NCBI GenBank assembly: GCA_002245135.1
Contig: NGBS01001169.1
Location: 62,001 to 126,000 of the forward strand
Reading direction: 5' to 3'
Length of the DNA stretch: 64,000 nt
DNA from: Proteromonas lacertae
Lineage: Eukaryota
Shown here piece by piece: positions 50,882 to 64,000 of this stretch. The position numbers were made by a program, and so were the translations under genes. The notes beneath the pieces were generated by a model. It ran no database searches. It was not told the origin of the DNA and saw only the letters and a program-made list of their open reading frames with translations. Numbering within the stretch: position 1 is the first letter of the stretch; every line of letters starts with the position of its first letter.

Positions 50882-53800
50882 TTATTTTATATTAAAATCA
50901 TACTTATCAGCCATTTCTGATATTTTTGAAGATGTTATGCTTGTATTATTCAGATGTATTGCCTTCAAATTCACTAAATGTTTGAATAAATCATCAAACA
51001 TATCAATTTTATCATCAGTAAGATCTATACTGTCAAATTCAATTATATGAATGTTTGAAACGGGATATAGAATATTGACAATCTTTTGAATAAAGAATTC
51101 TATCGGTTTACTTGAATCTATTGTGATATATAGTTTATATTGCTCATTTTCATCAAAAGAAAATGGGTAGAGTAATGATAATATCTTCTCATTGTATTTT
51201 TCAGTTAATGTGTTTATAAGATCTGGATATTCTAAACAGAAACTAACTAAGATCGATAAAGCTTGAGATAATTTAGATCTTTCATAAGAATTCAACAGAA
51301 TTCTTACCAAATTCAAGTCATTTCTTATTCTTGAGAGTATTTCTCTATTTATCTCAACTGATCCTACTTGGCTATTAAGTGACATATAAATTGAATTCTC
51401 AGACAAATCTATTTCAATATAAAACACTATATTCTATACAATTCTTATCATATTTACAAATCCTTTCAACAATTGTTACATCAAATTTGATTGGATTTCC
51501 TGAAAAGTAAATATTCATTTCTTTAATGATAACTAATGAATCTAGAAAACTCAATACTCCAACTTCTGTTATTTTGTTACAACACAAATTCAATTCTTCT
51601 AGATTATTTGACGAATTGATCATTGTAACTATTGTTGACAAACATGCTATCAGTAATATTGTTGTTTTGAAGTTGTAATGATTTGAGTTTTGAATAATAA
51701 TTTGTTGATGAAAATAGATCAATTACAATGCAATCACATATCAATGAATCTAGAAAATAATACACACAATTTGTAAAAAATACATGATAAATCTAAGTAT
51801 TGAATTTGAACTATGTATGGAATTGCTTTTATGAAAAATGACAGAAAATCAACTGTGAATTCGTCTGATATATCTATAAACGAAATATTCAATAAACAAA
51901 AATTACATTTTAAACTGATTGAATATGGAGATACTACAGATTGAATCAACAAGTTTTGCTCGTTTTCTAGTTTTTTATAACTGCACTTTCCTTTTCTAAT
52001 CACATCATTCAACAATACATAGAAGTAATAATCACATTTTAATAATTTGTAATCTTCATATAAATCTATGAATATCAACTACATATTATTACATACTTTG
52101 AATATCTTTTTCATCTGTTAATTCTACTTCTGATAAACATTTATTCTCCTGATGCAAAGATTCTATTTTATTCATTATTTCAACTATATGATATATATTA
52201 TTCAACAAAACACATACATTTATTATCATATTCATTTAATATATTTATCAAATGATCATTGCATATTATCTTTTTACGACTATACAATGATAATTCTGTA
52301 ATATTTGGAAGACATTTCACACAACTAAGCAATGAAGAAACACCTGCTAATGAAATATAATTCCTTTTCAGATCTATAGAGTTCAGTAGTGGATAATATT
52401 TAAGTGATTGTGCAAATAAATCTATTTCTCTATTACTGAATTCATTATCTAATATTATTAGTAAAAATTATATTGATAATTATATACATGATATGTCAAT
52501 TTTCTTTAATGAAGAACAACAAATTAAACCTTTTGATAAATAGTTCAAGTACACATCATTCAATTTTTCATTCTTCAATATAAATGAAGTGATATTAGGG
52601 AGAGAATAAAATAATTTTGTGAAATGCTTAAACTCATCAATAGTAGATGTTTCTCCACATAATTGCTTATTGTTATTAAATTTCATTAATATTTTTTCTT
52701 TATACAAATTATTCTTCTTATTCTGGTTATAACCAATGGTAATTACATTTTCCAACTGAGGCATATCCATATTAATACCAGCTTTAACAATTGGAGGATC
52801 AATCCATTTATAATATGGAAATAATGAATTTTGTGAATAATGATTATATACATATTCAATTGTTTCTGATAAAACATTAACTAATGATAAGTTTAATCTG
52901 TATAAGTAAGGAAGTTTGGACAAATTAACTGATATTAATTTTACTCCATTATCTTCTAATCTATTACCTGATAAATCAAGACTTCTTAAATTAGAAAGAT
53001 ATTTGAAACTATCACATAATTCCTCATCAAAACCAAAAATTGCACAAGCTGATAATGATAATGTATGAAGTGATTGACAAAACGACAATGATTTAAATAA
53101 TAGTTTAATCCCATTCGTATAGAATATATTACTTCTCAAATTCAATTCCTTCAAATTTGTTTTATTATAAAGCGAATTTCTCAATGGCTCAATTGATGAA
53201 GCATTTAGACCACATGAACTAAAATCAATATATTCTAATTCATTCAATGGTGTTATAAACTTCAACAATTCCTCTAAAGTTTCTTCATGTAAACTTATTC
53301 CAGAACATCTTATTGCTTTTAAAGATTCTGTATTTGTATAATTGTTTATTAGATATTTACATATTTTATTTAGTAACTGTTCTTCTCCACAACTTAAATC
53401 TAACATTTGGACATTAGTGAATTGATTAAAATTCTTAAATACAAAATCAAATATATCATCATTATTGAATAGCACATGAATATATTTATTACATGATAGC
53501 GATATCTTTCTTGGAAATAGTGAATATCCACTTGTATCAAAACATGATAAGAAATTATAAATTGAATATGGATTCAAGTTTAAATAATCTGTGGAAATTG
53601 ATAAATAATAATAATAGGATGGGTCATAAAGTATTAAATTTGCTAAATAGAATAGAGGATATTTAAATTGAGATATAATCCAATGTGTTAGTATCTTAAT
53701 GAACTTCTCTTTTGATATGTCTTTCATAAAATGTAATATGAATGATAATTGATTAGATGTGTATTTATTTTCTATTAATAACGAATACATCAATTCTTTC

Positions 53801-54703
53801 TTCTCATTCCAATTTGATGGAATTAATTCATCACCATTGTTATATGCTTTAATGTTATTTAGGAATGTGATTATTTCACTACATGTAATTCTTTCATTTG
53901 GATTGATTTTCATCATTTTCATTAACAAATCTGAATATTTATCTATTTTTTTGATATCATTTACATATTCTTGATTTATTATATATTTTAGAGTTTGTTC
54001 TTGTGAAAATTGAGGAATTAAATGGTTATTCGTGATAATATAATATAAAACACAACCTATACTCCACATATCACTCATTCTATCGATTTCTTTGTTTTGT
54101 AGTAATTCTGGAGACATATATCTATAATCCTTTACTATTTGCACCAATGATAAACCAAAATCAACGAATATATAAGAATTATCTTCTTTTATCATTATAT
54201 TGGAAGGTTTTATATTCTGATTAATAGAAATGATTTGTTGATTATAAAAATGAGTATTACATATATCAATTATCATTTGTTCTTTGAATTTACCATCTAA
54301 TATATTAGTCAAAATACTATTCTTCTATTGATCCTTTTGGATAGTAAATTGTAGATAAAAATATTGAAGATGAATCAAAATTATAATTAAAATATATAAG
54401 TGAAGTTTTTAAAAACATAACATCATCACACATGCATAACTAGAATGTAATATGAAGTTATATACAAATGTTTTAATGAATAATGGATTAATCTCTTTCA
54501 CATCAATCACTTTATTTATAACATTTTTACTATAAAGTGCAGAGAAACAAAATGCAATGTTTGAACCTGCTTTAAACAAGACATATTTCTAGATTACTAA
54601 AAATTACAAATTACCTTTGAAGTTTTAATAGAATGATTGTCTGACTATAATATAAACCAATTTAATATACAGGAAACTTCGAACTGCGGATAATATCACT
54701 CAT
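50882..54703 (-). CDS. Pseudokinase-LRR (RNI-like) protein; two +1 breaks (near 54320 and 51645), possibly decaying
   Basis: NQNIKPSN (HRD lost), DFG, YMSPE, SDMWSIGC, then LxxLxLSxN repeats. Confidence 0.7.
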
Positions 54704-54846
54704 ATACTCAGAAAATAAGCTTTTTAATAAATACTTTTCAAACCCCCAAAATATTAAAAAATGTTTTTAATCCCTATTAACAAACAGTTAATCATAACCA
54801 ACAATAATAACATTAATACGTTTTTATCGGTATTTAATTATACCGT

Positions 54847-55799
54847 TTATATAAAAACAGCTAAACGATCAATCAAATATTGAGCAATTGTGAATGAGAA
54901 GATAAGTTTTGGTCCAGCGAATAGAATTTTTGGAGTTAAACCTTTGAAAAAGGCAGTTAATCCTTCATTCTTTACTAGATTTCTAATAACTTGCATACCA
55001 GTTTCTGGTGAATCAAATGGTCTATTCTGAATACGAGTCTTAACAACATCCAATGGAGCAGCAACTGTAATACTACAAATTGAGCCAACTGTAGAAGCAC
55101 AGAAGTATTGCCAAATTGTAGTTTTTTGACCTTCAGGAATCTTGAATAACTTGTTCTTAACTACAGCATTACCTCCAAATAAAGCGAATGAGCCAGGTGC
55201 ATTTCTACATAAAGTCCATCCCCATCCTAAATATAGATTCTTTCCTTCTTTCATAAATAAGTCAATTACACCTCTACCAGCCAATGTTTCAGGGGCAGTT
55301 TGCGATTTGATCTTTAAGATATCAAGTGGTAATAAGAACACTTCACCCATACCAATTAAACTACCAGCACAAGCATCAATAATAGTTCTATTTTTATTAC
55401 TTCCCATACACTTTTGTAAGAAATCCTTTACCACAGGTTGTCCTCCAAACTTATAAATTCTTTGTAGAATCTTATATCCTGCAGCAAAGCCTAAACCAGG
55501 GAATAAAGATCTGTATTTCTTTAGAGTACTGGCAGCAGCTTTATCTTTGAATATGACTTTGTTCAAATTGGCTACTGAAGCCTTCATATCGCCCTTAACA
55601 AATATATTACTTTTATTTGTCATCAGACGCTTAGCAACCGTATCAACAGGGTGAAACACTAACAATTCGCATATACCTATTCAGTTATTAAAATTAACGT
55701 AAGGATACCTGCTGATGCAGAACCAACTAATCTGGCTGCTCCAGAAGCCTTCTTCTTACCAGGTGGTGCGCTGAATGCAGTTATTCTGTTCTTATTCAT
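54847..55799 (-). CDS. GGC1: Mitochondrial GTP/GDP carrier (Ggc1/Yhm1-like; 1 intron)
   Basis: ARLVGSASAGICELLVFHPVDTVAKRLM and LFPGLGFAAGYKILQRIYKFGGQP; three PxDxxK carrier motifs. Confidence 0.9.
55677..55708 (-). other. 32-nt GT-AG intron with a U12-type donor (GTATCCTT) in GGC1
   Basis: GTATCCTTACGTTAATTTTAATAACTGAATAG; removal gives SAG|ICE. The branch-site match is weak. Confidence 0.5.
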
Positions 55800-55930
55800 G
55801 AGAAAATTAATTTTGAAATCTTTTTTTCGCTGCCCCAGTTTCTACGGTTTCTGTGTGTTTTTGTGTGTTTTAAACAAACTAAAATTTATCAAAAATAAAT
55901 GAATTATTTATAATATGAATAAATTATCTA

Positions 55931-58900
55931 TTAATTTTCTATAATTAATATTTCCAGATCTGGATATGCCTTCTTCACACTATCAAAATCTTCTTGAAGT
56001 CTATCAAATATTGTACTTCCCAAATAGGCTATTTAAATATAAATATAAATCATATATACAACAAAAGAAAAACTTTGACAAATGTGGAAATTCATCTTTG
56101 AGTATAGTTTGTAATATTATTTTGACTGTTTCATCTTCTAATGAAGACTTTATTGTCAATTCTTCTAGATTTTCTAGCAATTTTTGTTCTACAGGTTTTA
56201 AAAAGCTGTCTATTGTGGTTGAAATTGGACTTTCTCCTATTGTTAATGATGTTATTTCTTTAAAGTAAATGAACAAATTGTATATAATCATCATCTCATC
56301 TGGTTCAAGATCTATTTAAAATTATATTTTAACAACAATAATAATACGAGGTGGAATAACAAAATCTTTACATTTCAAGGTATTTCCTAAGTCACTGTAA
56401 TACTTATCAACATTATCAAATCCTGTTTTTGGTAAATCTATACATAAACAATTATATATTATACATATTTCAATGTTTTTAAAGTTTGGGCAACCTCTTT
56501 TAATAATTGCATATTTTAGACTCATACTATCTTTCACTGGTGCTGTTATATAAATTGAGTTTAGTGTTAAACAACAACCATTCTGTAATGCCATTTTCAA
56601 TAAATCAACACAATCTGAGAGTATAACATTACCTTCTATTCTGAATGATTCTAGTTTTGAGAGAATTCCTTTAGACATGTTTCTACATAAATAAATCAAA
56701 GCATTATTATCTAAATCAGCATCTATATTCATATAATAGAAATAAACAAATACATGAAATATCTAATATTTTTATGTTTTGACATCTATTCATTGACATA
56801 GCTGTTACATATGCTTTAATTCCTTCAAACTGTATTGAATTCTTTGATAAATTTAGAACTTGTAATTTACCAAATCCTCCATTACTGATTATTAAACATA
56901 TTGATTTAATATCTTCACTGGTTAAACCACAATCTATTGGAATTATAAATTTTGCTATATTTATACTTGATAAATTCACTGTTTCAATAAGAGGAGACTT
57001 TTTCGAGCTTAACATTTGAGAGAAGTAATGAACACTATCATAAGAGAATTTATTATCTGCTAACTCAACACCTTTCAATGTGAACAACTTTCCAGAGTTA
57101 ATAATATTTGATAATTCTGTTAATGATTCATCATTCAAACCACAATTACAGAATAATATATACTCAAGCTTAACTTGACTGTGTAATAACGATTCACATA
57201 ATGTAATAAATGATTTTCTGATTGAATTGTTGGAGAGATTTATATAATTTAAGGAGGGTATTTTGTTTAAACTAATCATTGTAGCTAATTCTTCGATTGA
57301 TTCATCTGTTAAATTACAGTCTATTTATATGATAAACATTATTAAAATATACTGTCAAAATTCAATTTAGTAATCTTTGGTACATCTCCATTATCCAATG
57401 TTTGTAAGAAGAAAAGCATATTTTCATCTCCTATTTTTGAATTACAGAAATTATATGACTTTATCTTATTACATAAACTATCATTATAACATTTACATAT
57501 TATTTCCATTTCTCTTTCTGTTAATACATTACCATTAAAATCAATTGACTGAACTGTTTGTTTATTATATATCAATAACTGCGACAAATATTCCAAATGC
57601 TTCAAACAGTTTGGAAGTAACTTTATATCATACTGATCACATGTTCTATCATTTGTTTCTACCAACAATTCGGCTGAAACAGGTATTTCTAATAAATATT
57701 AAATTAATATGATAGGTATATATATATACGTCCAACTGGTTTTAATGATGGACAAGCCTTTGCTACTTTGTTCATTAATGTCTTCAAATCATCTGGATCT
57801 CCACATATACCTAAAGTTGTCAAATCTGGACATTCACCTGTTGATAAACTCTTTTGAAGTTCAGTAATTGCTTCTTTAGACATTAAATTGTCATAAACAT
57901 CAAGGATTTTGATATTTGGACATTTTATTATTGCTTTGCTTAGATATACCATTCCTAACGAACCAATATCGCAGTCTAAGATATAATTATATAAAATATA
58001 TACTTATTACACGAAGTTCTACTAATTCTGATAAATGATTATTCTCAATTGCTTGTGTAATATTTCTGAATCCCATTGAATCCATCTGCCAATCTATTAA
58101 ATAAGAATAAAAAATGATTTATAATACTTGTTAATGACAATTTAATCAATTTTGGAAAACAGTCATCATTGAAATTGTTAGTAAGAAGATCTACATCTTT
58201 TGAATATAAATGAATATCTATTGAAATAAATACAACTAATAAAATAAACATACTTGAAAGAGTCAATTCCATTAAATCAGGAAAATACAACAAAGATGAT
58301 AATAATACTTTCATAATTTCATTAGAAACTTTATCACAATCAATATTAATCTCCTGAACAGTCAAGCAGTTTTCATCAGGTAATAAACTCAATACTTCTT
58401 TATCAACACCAGGAATACTTGTATTAATGGATTTGAATGTCTTATATCTATTATGTAATGTCTTTTGTAAATGAAGTAAATCAGTTGGTTTTCCAAACAA
58501 TGAAACATCCACAATATGATTGCTTCTTCCTTTCTTAAATGCATCTTCGAATAAAACAACTGCATTCTTTGGTAATTTTTCATCTAAGATAATAAGATGA
58601 GTTAATGATGGTAAAGCACCTTTTCCAATTGCTTCACATATTAATGTTATACATTCTTCACTAAGATTTGTGTATGATAAATCGATTGTTTCTATTTGAT
58701 TGTAGGAATAAGTACTAATTGCATAAAACATTGAATGAGCGAAGTTCTGTAATAAATTATCTATTATTTATATTATAATAAGTGTGAAAATACGATTAAA
58801 GATAAACTTCTTTAAATTTGTCAAATTTCCTTTAGCAAAACCATTTGAGAATATCGTTACACAATCTTGTAATGAAATATTATTCACAGTCAATTCTAGC

Positions 58901-61900
58901 AATTTATCTCTTTTTCTTCCAAAGAATCCATCATTAATTGCATTAGAAGAATCAAAATTCCATTCACAATCAATCAATGAGAATGACTCTAATTTCAACA
59001 ACACTTTTGATTCAAATGTCTTGCCTAATTCTGTCAATTCTTTTGCAGTCATATCTATTATTAATATATATAAATATATAATATTATACGATTTAAATGA
59101 AGATGAGTAACTTCTGGAAAATACTTAATCATTTTGCATAAAGTTAAATGTGGTTCAGTTATATTACATTCATCAACTATACATATTTATAAATTATATA
59201 TATTTATATATACATGGATTTTCTATTGTTTTACATGTTAATGGCTTTCCATTACTAATCTTGGTTAATATTTCTGATATATTGGATGATGGTAATACTA
59301 ATTCCAAGTTTTTGAATGACTGACAAGCTTCACATTGAATACATTTCTGTAATTCGTAAATACCAACTGGTTCTACTGTTAATACAATCTGTAGTAAGTT
59401 TGGACAAGGACCTTTATATAATAAATCCTTTAAATCTTGCAGCAAACTTTGGAGTTACTTCAGTTTTTGGCATTACAAGTTTCTCTAAATTAGGTAGTAA
59501 TTTGTCTTTGAATAATGACAATAATCCAATATAACCATCTGGTTCAATATCACAGGATGTGAAGTTCAGTTCTGTTATACTGCATTCTTTCAAGTGTGAT
59601 ATTCCATCATGTAAAAGAGTGAATGTCTTACGATCAAATATTAAATCTATTGATTAGATAAAAATATGATTTATATACTTTCAAATATCAACGATTTGAG
59701 ATGAATTAAATATCTATTCTGAATTGCTTCAGAAAACCATTGCATTCTTGAGCCACGTAAGTCATAACTAGTGATTTTAATTACATTGACATTAGGGAAG
59801 TAACAAAGGGAGAAACAAATATCTTTAAATCCATCACCTGTATTGGAAAGATCTCTTTCATCAAATATGAATTCTTTTACATCTTTGCATTTGAATCTGT
59901 ATGGCTTGAAGTATTCATCAACACTTGCATTTCCAGTTAATGGTAAGACTAGTCATATAATAAATGCAATAACATTAACATACTGCTATATGTTATTTCT
60001 TTCAAATTTGGACAGGCTTGTTCCTTCAAGCTTTCATAAACTGATAATAAGTCTAGCGGTGGAGCAGCAATACAGATCTTCTCAAGATTTGGACAACACT
60101 TCATAATTAATATTTCCTTCAATATATTTAACCCTTCTTTACCTAATCTATGACCATCGAGATTTAATTCTACTAATTCATCACAACCGCCTTGACTCAA
60201 TGCTTTTCCTAATGATTTCAATCCATATGGTAAGATTCCAGGATCTATATTCACAAATACAGTAAAAATAAATATATACTTTGTTTTTCATGAACAGAAA
60301 GATTTAATGATTTCAATTTGTGGCTACATCCATTTCCAAGTGCCTTTGATATGTACTGTAAACCTTGAGAAGTAAATAGATTCTCTATTTCGATATAAAT
60401 CATAACAGAGTAATTATATACTTGATAAATCTAAATTGAGCAATTCTGGACAAGATCCTTCTTCCAATGCTTCACCTAATGATTGTAATTGTTCATCATT
60501 CAATTTACAGTCAGCAATCACCAATGAGGTAATATGATTCAAACATTTCTCTCTAATAATCGTTGTAGCAAATTTACTGAATGATATTGTCAAATCAATT
60601 TTCTTGAAAATTAATTTATCTAAATTATTCCACAAGTGTTGAGATAGAAGTGTGCAAAAATGCATAATGGCACTACTACATACATTCACTAGTTTTATTG
60701 TCTTTAAATTAATACAAAAGTGAAGATTATCAACAACATCTTCGCTTCTCTCTACTCCTTTCACTATAATATAGTATAAATATGGCATATAATACAATCT
60801 AAAGTGATTGATTCAGCTTCTAAACAGTTATCGAACAATTTATGGAATGATTTAAATTGTGGAATACTATTCAATGTTGAGATTAATCTTGTTTCAGATA
60901 TTTGATTACATCCACGCTTCTGCAAATCTTTCTTTAATTTTGTTATTGGAGCTGGATCAGCTATAATAATAACATTAAAAATAAATAAAAATTATAATAT
61001 ATATACAAGTAATCCATAAATTCTGTAAAAATGTGCATGTATGAGATAAACTGTCTTTCAATTTACTAACTGCTACATCTGTTAATATTCCATTATCTAT
61101 TCAAATACAATAAATAACAATAATATATACTATCAATATATAGATTCTGTAAATTATATAAATTACCTTTCTGAAGAATCTCAAATAGATTGTATAGATA
61201 TTTGATGTTAATACTACAATCTAAGAAAATAGAAAAATAGAGATATATACTTCCAATATCTAATGTGGATAATAACCATTTACGACTAGCAAGCATATCC
61301 ATTAGGTACTGACTTGAATAATTATTCATTTTATTATCTATAAAAACATTAATAACGATTATAGTATAAATACTTCTTAGATTTAAGTGAAGTAATTCTG
61401 GACAAGAATTTGACTTTAACTCTGTTGTTAATAGTTTCATCATTTCACTGGTTAATTCCATACCTATTGATAAATAACAATAAAAAAAATACTTTTCAAT
61501 ATCAGAGTTTGCAAGTGAGGGAAATAACTCAATCTACTTGTTAATGCTTCAAATATATCGAAATTAATCTTCTTATCAGCAAAATCCAACTCTTTACACA
61601 AATAAGGATCTTTAATTTTACCTAACACATCATCAATATCAGCATTTCCAGTTCGAGGAATGCACAAGACTGTCTTTTGTAGTTTTGGACAAGTTGTAAC
61701 GAATAATTGTTCAGCTAATCTAGCAACTAATGTTGGAGTGGCTATTTCAATAGAATAACAATAGATAAATTAATATTTAAATACTTGATAATTTAAGAAC
61801 ATGTAATGGACATTTTCCTCTCTGTAATTCTTTCTGTAAAGCATTAATACCTTCTTCACCAAATTCATTCTCTTGTAAGTGCAATGTATTTAATTTTGTA

Positions 61901-64000
61901 CAACATCTCTTACCAAATGCATTAGACAAAGCGACAATACCTTTATCACCAATTCCACAATCATCTAGTGATACTTCGTGTAAACTTAATGCATGATGAG
62001 TGGCAAAATATCTTGACAATTCTACAGCACCTTGAGAACCAATAGGATTAGCTATAAAACACAAACATAAAAATATAAATATATATACATGTTAATGTGA
62101 ATAATCTCAAGAATTGCATTTTACCTTTTTCAAGTATATCTGCTAAACATTTTATTCCTTGACTATTTATTCCACAATTACTTAAATTCAATATTTCAAT
62201 GGGTAACTCATATTTATCTAAAGTATCACATAATTCCATCATTGAATTCTCATTAATATCATTAAATGATAGATTAAGTCTTCTCAATTTTGGTAATTTT
62301 CCAGCTTTAATAAATCTAGCTAAATACTTGAATGAAGAAGGTGAAAGATGACATCTTGATAGATTCAATTCAGCTACAGATGTTAATTCAGGAGAAGTAG
62401 ATAGAAGAACATGTATTGCTTGTAATGTATAAGTTTTAACAGACAAATCAATAAGTGTTGTAGCTTTTGGATCAATTTTAGAAAACATATTATCAATTTC
62501 ACTTGATCTTGGAATATGAGATGACAAAGCTGGACATTGTGGATGAGATAAATGGTTATATAATTCTTCACATTCATCAGGATCTCCACTAACATTAAAT
62601 GTCTCTAATTTTGGACAATTACCACATCCTAAAGATCTATTGAGTATTTTTACACCATCATAACCAATATTATTACCATATAATAATAATGTCTTTAATT
62701 CTGTTATTCCTTTTGATTCTAACAATGAACCAACATAATAGATTGAATGAGCATCAATATTTGACTCATGTAAATCAAGTACCTCTAATTTTGGACAGTA
62801 TTTCTTTGATAAACATTCACATAAAAGCTTGATACACATTTGAGATAATTCAATTTCACATAGGTATAACTTCTTGATATTTGGATAGAATATTATTCTA
62901 TTTATAATGTTTTGAGCATCATATGTATCTTTTGCTTTAATTATTTGAGTGTCTAATGTATTTGTTTCTATTGTAGTTTTACTTTCATCTGTATAACAAC
63001 ATAACTGCAATACAATATCTTCTGTTGATATTAACGACTTTAAATATTCATAATCTTCTGGTGTGCAGGATATATTCACTTCTAATTCAGTTTCTGGTTT
63101 GAAATCTTTTAAGAAATCACCTAAATTAACTATGAACTTATGGGGAAGAGGAATGTAACTGATTAAATCTAATTCATTTAAACTAGGACAGAGATTATTC
63201 TTTAGATAAAATGGTAATAAACTATCTTCATAAATACAATCTATATACATGATGATAATAATAAAAGAATAATATACTTGATAAATCAATCTGCTCTAAA
63301 TCAGAACTAACATCTGGTAATGATGATAAATGAACATAAATTGGGTAATTGAAAGAAAATTGACATGCCTTTAAATTACACCATAACTTGAAGTTTATAT
63401 AATTCTCTATAGAATTAAATATAAATAATATAATAATATAGAATACGTTCTAAATGTAAGTGAGTTGGCCATAACTTATCAATTGATAGTGATTGTAATA
63501 AAGCAACAGATTTCTCAGTAATTCCAACATCTCTACAATAAGCAGATTGTATACAACCAGACATATCTAATAACACTGAAATAATCTCAGTTGATATATC
63601 ACCAATATGATTATAACTTAAATCAACAACATTTAATCGATCTAATAAGCATTCATTCAGTTTAGATAGTATATATTTGGCTGATAGTTCTGTCAATCCT
63701 GTATTTCTGAGGTAAATATTATCAATTGATCCTAACACTCCACTAGCAAGTAATTCGAATATATAATCAATATCAGTGAATGATAATTGTATTCCAGTCA
63801 AATCAATAATACCTTTATTGTTATTGTAGTTCTTTATAATATCTTGAACAACATCAATATTCGGTATTTCACTATTTATAAAATAATAATAATAAGTTTT
63901 ATATATACTATTCTGTATTAGCCCATGTAGATAATACATCATATATCTCTTCAATTCTACTAACCAATTCATTCAATTCATACCTTTCATTCATATTTTT
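55931..64000 (-). CDS. Giant RNI-like LRR protein (over 2000 aa, 28 inferred introns; +1 break near 59450), probably continuing past the window
   Basis: Dozens of CPxLxxLxLSxN repeats joined in frame. The first residues NERYELNELVSRIEEI resemble the end of the kinase domains at 17.9 and 53.9 kb. Confidence 0.82.

Noticed and set aside
1..64000. Blastocystis-type stop codons created by polyadenylation (TGTTTGTT signal)
   Set aside because: Every complete gene I modelled has an encoded stop; the TGTTTGTT copies I noticed near 2509 and 24815 do not follow stop-less ORFs.
1..64000. Stop-codon reassignment as a cause of the fragmented ORFs
   Set aside because: The fragments join through short introns, and TAA, TAG and TGA all terminate conserved genes.
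1..64000. CRISPR arrays, transposases, tRNA or rRNA genes
   Set aside because: None recognised; the repeats are microsatellites or coding low-complexity tracts.

Overview
Very AT-rich, gene-dense eukaryotic nuclear DNA with many ultrashort introns (mostly about 24-45 nt, GTAT...TAG), so the ORF track is fragmented. EF-1alpha (GHVDAGKST), a Sig/Ocm-type mastigoneme-like protein and the tiny introns point to a stramenopile, probably Blastocystis/Opalinata-like (inference). I spliced about 28 genes by hand: DDX56/DBP9, RPN5, EF-1alpha, a SHIPPO/ODF3-like protein, NFU1, YIF1, an atypical Rab, an SPFH protein, a K+ channel with a large ectodomain, pseudokinase-LRR genes and relics, POLA1, Cdc25, MAF1, centrin, a double-BTB protein, an ankyrin protein, KAE1/OSGEP, a giant PP1-docking repeat protein, NOL11, a mastigoneme-like EGF protein, ProRS, DcpS, a DENN-RhoGAP-WD40 protein, DJ-1, GGC1 and a giant LRR gene. 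Main signals: (1) ultrashort U12-type introns, including two consecutive ones in NFU1 (one AT-AC, one apparently AT-AA) and one in MAF1; (2) a giant LRR gene in which 27 of 28 inferred introns are phase 1, belonging to a kinase-LRR family with decayed copies; (3) nine +1 and two -1 single-base frame breaks (assembly error or recoding); (4) unusual domain architectures; (5) an E2F/CRE/CCAAT bidirectional POLA1-Cdc25 promoter and a recurring AAGCTT promoter motif. All splice calls and family assignments come from reading the sequence and recalled motifs; no searches were run.
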